This document shows positions 9,311-13,532 of a stretch of DNA of 24,000 nt, one piece after another. The notes under the pieces were generated by a model that saw only the letters and a program-made list of their open reading frames with translations, had not been told where the DNA came from and searched no databases. The first letter of the stretch is position 1, and every line of letters starts with the position of its first letter. Made by a program: the position numbers and the translations under genes. The stretch lies in contig CAYYED010000022.1 in assembly GCA_964470785.1 (NCBI GenBank), forward strand, positions 8,277 to 32,276. Direction: 5' to 3'. Source of the DNA: an uncultured Candidatus Saccharibacteria bacterium. GTDB taxonomy: Bacteria > Patescibacteriota > Minisyncoccia > Minisyncoccales > PEYH01.

Positions 9311-9339
9311 TTGACAAAAAAAGGATAGTATGATATAAT
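9311..9339 (+). promoter_or_regulatory. Consensus extended -10 sigma70 promoter P3
   Basis: TTGACA at 9311-9316, 17-nt spacer ending in TGA, TATAAT at 9334-9339. It lies exactly 73 bp after P2. Confidence 0.75.
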
Positions 9340-9345
9340 ACAAAC

Positions 9346-9702
9346 AGAAAGAAAAAGAGGAAGAAGTAAAAAGTTCTATAAAACTAAATATAATGAAGAA
9401 GAGAGAGTCGCTGCGCATTTGCGTGGCGTAACATAAGCTTAGCTCAATGGTTAAATTTAGCTACAATTTCCCGGTTAAATTTAACTATTGAACCAGAAAG
9501 GCGACTCTCTTAAAGAAGTCGCCTTTCGTGGTTTAAAAAAACAAGGTTTAGGCAAGAAAGATGGAGAAGAGAGAGTCGACTCGGGAGAAGGATACCGGCG
9601 AACAGCTTCGGCCCGCCGCCCTTCTCGGACTAAAAGTCCTTTCCGGGTTGTAAAAAATCTTCTCTATCTTTCTCTCCTGAACAATAGGAGATAGTTTTTT
9701 AC
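9346..9702 (+). ncRNA. Structured leader or candidate sRNA downstream of P1-P3, ending in a hairpin plus T6
   Basis: Start is predicted from P3. Mutually exclusive helices: 9402-9411:9501-9510 versus 9497-9505:9518-9526. G-U-containing hairpin at 9411-9428. Hairpin TCTCCT/AGGAGA (9673-9691) followed by TAG and T6 (9695-9700). No family recognised. Confidence 0.4.
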
Positions 9703-9911
9703 AGCTCTTTGATAATACGAAAATTAGCGGAAAATTCGGTTTCGTCGCTTCTTGTTGAGAGCGCAGAGGATATTTTCAATTAAAGTATCTTACGCGCTCT
9801 TTGATACAAGAAGAGTTGGCAAAACCGGCGGCCAAAGAACTGCTGGTATTTCACGCCCACGAGACTATTCTTCGGGATAAATCCAAGTCTCTCGGGCAAG
9901 AAGGAGGAGAA

Positions 9912-10466
9912 ATGAAATTATATAGGATTGCCTCACCCGGATCCTCTCCGGCTTTGATGAAATTGGAGAGGGAGGAAGGAAAGCCGGTGGCGAACATTAC
10001 CATCGGCGAGAGCGGTCGCGGCCGAACGCAGGCAATTATCCCCATTATCGGGAAAGGTTCCAAAGTTCAGGTGAAGAAGACGGACGAAGGAGTTGTCCTC
10101 GTCCGCGGGGAGTGGAACGACGAAGGTCGCTGTATGGCCGTCATCAACGCGGTGGGTTCTTACGACCGCTACAGGTTGTATAAAATCAACGATGCCCAAG
10201 GCGTCCAGACCATCGCGTCCGGCACGATCGCTTTCGGGCAAGCCGGACGCACCAATATGGGAGAGGAAGCCCTCGCAATCCTCTCGCCGGGCGCGGAGTT
10301 CCGACTCAACTCCAAATTCGCGTCCACTTGGTATAAGTGGACCGGAAAGGAGTGGATTGTGGAAACTCCGCTGGAGAGGGTAGCCCGCTTGACTTTGCAA
10401 GAAATTGAGCAAGGGGGGGCGATTGGCTATGAAAACTATACACATAGCCCTCACCCTCCGCGGTGA
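9912..10466 (+). CDS. Orphan protein ORF1 (184 aa, beta-rich with C-terminal helix by eye), no family recognised
   Basis: Perfect SD AAGGAGG at 9901-9907, 4 nt before ATG 9912. GC-rich third codon positions, unlike the host genes. Protein-like composition. Stop TGA at 10464-10466. Confidence 0.7.
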   Translation: MKLYRIASPGSSPALMKLEREEGKPVANITIGESGRGRTQAIIPIIGKGSKVQVKKTDEGVVLVRGEWNDEGRCMAVINAVGSYDRYRLYKINDAQGVQTIASGTIAFGQAGRTNMGEEALAILSPGAEFRLNSKFASTWYKWTGKEWIVETPLERVARLTLQEIEQGGAIGYENYTHSPHPPR

Positions 10467-10896
10467 CCGCGTCGAGAATGGGATATTGGTCAGCAATGGT
10501 CAGATTCCGTTCAATCCCCGCTGGGGGATGACGCGTCATAACACTGGACTGCTCGCTAGCACTCCCTCTCCCGATGGCAACTTGGACAAAGTCCATGTGG
10601 CCATCGTGGATGAAGGAATTGTACTGGTTCCTTGCGAGGCAACCCCTCAAAAGGAACTGGTGCTGATTCAGCAGTACACCCCGGGCGCCGGGGGCAAGCG
10701 TTGGCCGAGCTTCTATGTAAAGGTCGGTCCCGAGGTACGCCCACTTTCCTCTGCTTCCACAAGCGGAGGGTCGGGCGGCGAAACTTGGGTGCTTGTCTCG
10801 GCGCCGCTCGGCTGGGCGGAGAATATCGCCGCCCAGTTCATGAATGAGCGCGACTACGGCGCTCAGACCATATCCTACAAACCATCTCCGCACTAA
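10429..10896 (+). CDS. Orphan protein ORF2 (155 aa), apparent distant paralog of ORF1, overlapping it by 38 nt in the +1 frame
   Basis: ATG 10429 is preceded by a G7 tract (10413-10419) that could act as an SD. KVHVAIVDEGIVLV aligns with KVQVKKTDEGVVLV of ORF1. The ORF2 frame is open from 10384. Confidence 0.65.
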   Translation: MKTIHIALTLRGDRVENGILVSNGQIPFNPRWGMTRHNTGLLASTPSPDGNLDKVHVAIVDEGIVLVPCEATPQKELVLIQQYTPGAGGKRWPSFYVKVGPEVRPLSSASTSGGSGGETWVLVSAPLGWAENIAAQFMNERDYGAQTISYKPSPH

Positions 10897-10950
10897 GTGG
10901 GGATCCCGCTAATCTCAACTCCAGTTCGAGGGTCTGGATTAACAAAACCC

Positions 10951-11004
10951 TCTCTGTTGGTAAGTGTGTACTTACCCTGATGAGTCCGAAAGGACGAAAC
11001 AGAA
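10951..11004 (+). ncRNA. Type III hammerhead self-cleaving ribozyme; predicted cleavage between U10958 and G10959
   Basis: Stem III: 10953-10957 pairs with 10999-11003. H17 is U10958. Stem I: GGTAAGT-GTGT-ACTTACC (10959-10976). Core CUGAUGA at 10977-10983. Stem II: GTCC-GAAA-GGAC (10984-10995) with G10.1-C11.1. Core GAA at 10996-10998 and an A15.1-U16.1 pair. Confidence 0.8.
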
Positions 11005-11050
11005 ATGCTGTTTGACAATTAAATATCAAGCATATGCCTCGGGTTTTTAA

Positions 11051-11094
11051 AGGCAGGTGAGAGGAAAAAAAAGATTGTTTTTTCTCATCTGCCT
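11051..11094 (+). other. Long hairpin (17 bp including G-U pairs) downstream of the ribozyme
   Basis: AGGCAGGTGAGAGGAAA (11051-11067) pairs with TTTTTTCTCATCTGCCT (11078-11094). Three G-U pairs argue for plus-strand RNA. No trailing U run, so it is not a classical terminator. Confidence 0.5.
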
Positions 11095-11122
11095 GCGAGA
11101 GCCCGCGGGTTCCGACACATTA

Positions 11123-11190
11123 TTATTGTTCGAGTTTGATTGTTCGAGCTTGTCGAGAACTTCTCGATTCGCTCCGCTCGCTCGAAGCAT
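11123..11190. repeat. REP-like element (TTATTGTTCGAGTT...TCGAGAACT plus GATTCGCTCCGCTCGCTCGAAGC); the left part repeats 9102-9125
   Basis: TTATTGTTCGAGTT is identical at 9102-9115 and 11123-11136. TCGAGAACT is shared at 9117-9125 and 11153-11161. Confidence 0.7.
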
Positions 11191-11199
11191 TAACCCCTT

Positions 11200-11571
11200 G
11201 GGAACTTCCGAAGTTCCCGACGCAACAAGAAAATAAAATAGATAATCTTAGTAAAAGGACTTTTCCTTTAAGAAACCCTCCTTTCCTAAGTTCAGAAGAT
11301 TTCTGGATTTAGGAAAGGAGGAAAAAATGAAAGCAAAAAAATGTTTTCGCCTTTCTCGCGTCATTACGGCGCGAGAAAGGCATGAAAGATTTCTGGAACG
11401 CCTCCGCAAGGAGGCACTCCAGAGGGGATCCGGGCAGGGCCACAGCCCTGCCCGGGTAAGCGAAGTGGCTCGACTGAAGTCGAGCCACTAAAAAAAGGCG
11501 AGGAGATGTCAATCAGCACTCTGCCATCTCTTCGCCCTTCTATATTTTGATATGGAGGCCAGCCCTCCATA
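11200..11571 (+). other. Chain of eight distinct, mostly perfect GC-rich hairpins
   Basis: H1 11200-11218. H2 11277-11321 (13 bp perfect). H3 11349-11381 (14 bp). H4 11400-11415 (GCAA tetraloop). H5 11428-11457. H6 11465-11488 (10 bp perfect). H7 11497-11536 (12 bp, one G-U). H8 11551-11571. Confidence 0.7.
11327..11491 (+). CDS. Candidate 54-aa Arg/Lys-rich mini-protein (MKAKKCFRLSRVITARERHERFLERLRKEALQRG...)
   Basis: Perfect SD AAGGAGG at 11315-11321, 5 nt before ATG 11327. The SD is the 3' arm of hairpin H2, so it is sequestered. The ORF runs through H3-H6 and stops at TAA 11489-11491. It is below the ORF-track size cutoff and coding status is uncertain. Confidence 0.3.
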   Translation: MKAKKCFRLSRVITARERHERFLERLRKEALQRGSGQGHSPARVSEVARLKSSH

Positions 11572-11697
11572 AAACTCCATAAAAGTATCCAAATCTTTTT
11601 TCATAACAGATTTTCTTCTAAATTAAGGAAAATTGTTATGAGGAAGGATTGCCTGCTTTTTGAGGCAAAATCTGTCCTTCCCAGAGGAGGAGAAAAG

Positions 11698-11961
11698 ATG
11701 AGGAGATTTCCTCATACGCGGAAGTCAGCGATATGGTGGAAGCTTCCCGAGGTTCTCAGAGAAATTCTGCAGGAACTTCAGGGGCAGCCATATCGCTCCT
11801 ACCGTGACGTTAAAGGGAAACTTGATGCCACCGGCATCGAGTATCTCGCCAAGCTTAGAGGCGAGATCCCCGAATACGTCAGGATCCGAATCCCGGAGCC
11901 GGAGGGTCGTGAAGTCGATTTCTATTTCGAGTTTCACGTCACTCGCCGGGGACGGCGGTAG
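11698..11961 (+). CDS. Orphan small protein ORF3 (87 aa; alternative start 11638 gives 107 aa)
   Basis: SD GAGGAGG at 11684-11690, 7 nt before ATG 11698. Charged, helix-like sequence (WWKLPEVLREILQELQGQPYRSYRDVKGKL...). No family recognised. Confidence 0.55.
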   Translation: MRRFPHTRKSAIWWKLPEVLREILQELQGQPYRSYRDVKGKLDATGIEYLAKLRGEIPEYVRIRIPEPEGREVDFYFEFHVTRRGRR

Positions 11962-11962
11962 G

Positions 11963-12173
11963 AGACGCTGCTAGTCCGGAGCCCCGAATAGCCGGACGAA
12001 AAACCGTGAGTTTGACTCACGGCATCCAGTAGATGACACAGCGTCTGACTGGATGTTTAAGGGGCTCTTCTCCGGCCTATAAAAGGCGGATGAAAGCCGG
12101 AGACAGGTAACGCAGGACCCTGGGGATGAATATCCCAAAGTCCAACGCACTTCGGACTCCTGCACGCTTTTTT
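11963..12173 (+). ncRNA. Structured 3' region of ORF3 with pseudoknot potential, ending in a three-way stem plus T6
   Basis: Hairpins at 11974-11997, 12004-12022 and 12023-12055. AGACGCTG (11963-11970) is complementary to CAGCGTCT (12039-12046), which lies in the loop of the third hairpin. Stem 12069-12076:12096-12103. Three-way junction 12112-12163 followed by ACGC and T6 (12168-12173). Confidence 0.4.
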
Positions 12174-12328
12174 CAGCGCATCAGTTATGGCTGGTAGGTT
12201 GAAAAAAGCGAACAGAAAATATTTTTTCCTTAGCAAGCAAATAAAAGTTTTTTCCGGCTAAGATTAACCACCCTTTGGTTAAATTAAAAATTAGTAAATT
12301 ATAACTTAAATTAATGTTTTACAACACC

Positions 12329-12500
12329 GGTTTCTTTCCACGGTGCTGTTGGCAAGGAGGTAAGCAAGGTCGATGAGGTTCTGCTAAGGAAACGAGGCAG
12401 GAGAAAAACTCTCTCTTCCCTCTAATGTCTTGCTTGCACTAAACTCTTGCCGACAGCATTGTGGGAGGAAATTAAAAACAGGGCATTTGCCCTGTTTTTT
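12329..12500 (+). ncRNA. Rod-shaped candidate sRNA of about 170 nt (6S-like architecture, family unassigned) ending in an intrinsic terminator
   Basis: 28-bp closing helix 12329-12356:12446-12473 with 7 G-U pairs, which would be A-C mismatches on the minus strand. Second 9-bp helix 12360-12368:12429-12437. Asymmetric central loops. Apical hairpin 12379-12402. Terminator at 12474-12500. Confidence 0.5.
12474..12500 (+). terminator. Rho-independent terminator (A5-CAGGGC-ATTT-GCCCTG-T6), potentially bidirectional
   Basis: GC-rich 6-bp stem at 12479-12484:12489-12494, flanked by an A run and a T run (12495-12500). Confidence 0.75.
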
Positions 12501-12525
12501 GGTGTCAAAAGTTATTGTTGTTTAG

Positions 12526-12800
12526 ATTGCTTCGTCGCTCCCGCTGGTCGCTCCTCGCAATGACGAGAGGGGAAGCTGATTACCCTCGTAATGACACTTT
12601 TTCACCGTCATCCTGAGTCCCGAGCTTGCCGAGGGGCGTTGAGTCCCGAGCTTGCCGAGGGGCGAAGGATCCCGTTGTTTGCGGTAATGCCACGGGATTC
12701 TTCCCCCGCCCCCTATGCCTATGAATAATAATATGCCCCATTACCGTAAAGAAACACCAGGCCGTCTTCGGCCGCTTAGGGGGCGGGGTCAGAATGACGC
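12526..12800. repeat. GC-rich REP-like cluster closing the island
   Basis: 12526-12566 copies 2709-2749. GAGTCCCGAGCTTGCCGAGGGGCG is tandemly duplicated (12615-12638 and 12641-12664), and its inverse family is at 19296-19330. A 12-bp inverted repeat CCCCGCCCCCTA / TAGGGGGCGGGG lies at about 12704 and 12776. Confidence 0.85.
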
Positions 12801-12832
12801 GGAGAAATTTGATAGAGATTGGTCTCTATCTT

Positions 12833-12862
12833 TTGTTAAAAAAAGAGGATCTGTGGTATAAT
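12833..12862 (+). promoter_or_regulatory. Probable acd promoter (TTGTTA-N18-TGG-TATAAT)
   Basis: Extended -10 TGGTATAAT ending at 12862. The ATG lies 8 nt downstream, giving a leaderless-like layout. A perfect 8-bp inverted repeat GATAGAGA/TCTCTATC sits just upstream at 12811-12830. Confidence 0.5.
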
Positions 12863-12870
12863 AATCTAAT

Positions 12871-13497
12871 ATGCTGTTAAGTGTGGAAAAAACAAAAAAG
12901 CTTTTAGAGAAATATAATATTCCGCTGGCAAAAGGAATAATTATTAATTCTAAAAGCGAGGCGTTAGAATTTGCTAAGGAAACCGGGTTTCCTGTAGTTT
13001 TAAAATTATCATCGCCAAAAATTATCCATAAAACAGAAATTAAAGGGGTAATTGCCAATATTGACGATGAAAATACTCTGTTAAAAGAATGCGAAAAAAT
13101 TTCTCTTTTAGCCAAACAAAAAGGTTCAAAAACTCTTATGCAAAAAATGGAGCAAGGATTGCAATTGATTGCCGGCGCCAAATACGACCCGGTATTTGGA
13201 CCAGTTATTATGTTTGGATTGGGCGGAATTTACGTGGAGATATTCAAGGATATTTCTCTCCGCATTGCGCCGATTAAAGAGAAAGATGCTCAAGAAATGA
13301 TGCAGGAAATAAAAGGATATAAATTGCTGGAAGGATTCCGGGGCAAAGAAGGAATAAATAAGGAGGCAGTAAAACAAATTCTTTTAAATCTTTCTAATCT
13401 TGTTCAAAATGAAAGCAATATTAAGGAGATTGATTTTAACCCCATTATTGCCAATAAGCAAAAGGCGACCGTAGTAGATGCTAAGTTAATATATTGA
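12871..13497 (+). CDS. Acetate--CoA ligase (ADP-forming), ATP-grasp (beta-like) subunit
   Basis: ATP-grasp_5-type sequence: KKLLEKYNIPLAKG...GFPVVLKLSSPKIIHKTEIKGV...GPVIMFGLGGIYVE...IDFNPI. Confidence 0.8.
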   Translation: MLLSVEKTKKLLEKYNIPLAKGIIINSKSEALEFAKETGFPVVLKLSSPKIIHKTEIKGVIANIDDENTLLKECEKISLLAKQKGSKTLMQKMEQGLQLIAGAKYDPVFGPVIMFGLGGIYVEIFKDISLRIAPIKEKDAQEMMQEIKGYKLLEGFRGKEGINKEAVKQILLNLSNLVQNESNIKEIDFNPIIANKQKATVVDAKLIY

Positions 13498-13532
13498 TTC
13501 CTTTGTCGACTTTCAAAGTCGACAGCAATGAT

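Noticed and set aside
9488-9694. 68-aa ORF in the leader
   Set aside because: It has a TTG start, no SD and a low-complexity Arg/Lys/Gly product, and it spans the helices and terminator-like hairpin. It is more likely non-coding.
9801-9911. N-terminal extension of ORF1 from the TTG at 9801 (the ORF-track start)
   Set aside because: The perfect SD AAGGAGG lies directly before ATG 9912. The upstream part overlaps leader hairpins and has no start signal.
9933-10893. Long minus-strand ORFs (9933-10496, 10306-10893, 10556-10762) and extra plus-strand ORFs (10093-10383, 10632-10847) inside the island
   Set aside because: They are Arg/Leu/Pro/Gly-rich, which is typical of out-of-frame or antisense reading of GC-rich coding DNA. 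They have no SD and they shadow ORF1/ORF2, which do have SD sites and protein-like composition.
11012-11017. TTGACA hexamer just after the ribozyme as an internal promoter
   Set aside because: There is no acceptable -10 hexamer 16-19 nt downstream.
10996-11020. Alternative hammerhead topology using the downstream CTGTT (11008-11012) as the cleavage strand
   Set aside because: The sequence after that site (TGACAATT) cannot pair with the nucleotides 5' of CUGAUGA, which already form the closed stem I hairpin. Only the upstream CTGTT gives a complete three-stem fold. The downstream pairing is kept only as a possible competing hairpin.
11963-12125. Resemblance to RNase P RNA (AGTCCGG and CAGGTAACGC strings)
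   Set aside because: Only two short strings match. No P4 partner (CCGGCTTA-type) is present, no other conserved regions are present, and the structured region is only about 210 nt.
12160-12195. Minus-strand CTGATG string as a possible second, antisense hammerhead
   Set aside because: It reads CUGAUGC rather than CUGAUGA, and the putative stem II is not followed by GAAA.
12329-12500. Assigning the rod-like RNA to SRP (4.5S) RNA or 6S RNA
   Set aside because: There is no GGAA/GNAR-capped helix-8 motif with the conserved symmetric and asymmetric loops, which argues against SRP. The apical domain is much shorter than in known 6S RNAs. It is kept as an unassigned candidate RNA.
9102-12520. Classifying the island as a prophage, IS/transposon, integron cassette, retron, CRISPR-Cas or classical toxin-antitoxin locus
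   Set aside because: No integrase, transposase, RT, Cas, attC-like site or recognisable toxin fold is visible. The small ORFs are not hydrophobic type I toxins. It is left unclassified.
13494-13532. TTG start at 13494 for the acd alpha-like subunit
   Set aside because: It overlaps the upstream TGA and a GTCGACTTTCAAAGTCGAC palindrome. ATG 13533 lies immediately before the conserved FFPKSIVIIGAT region. Either start remains possible.
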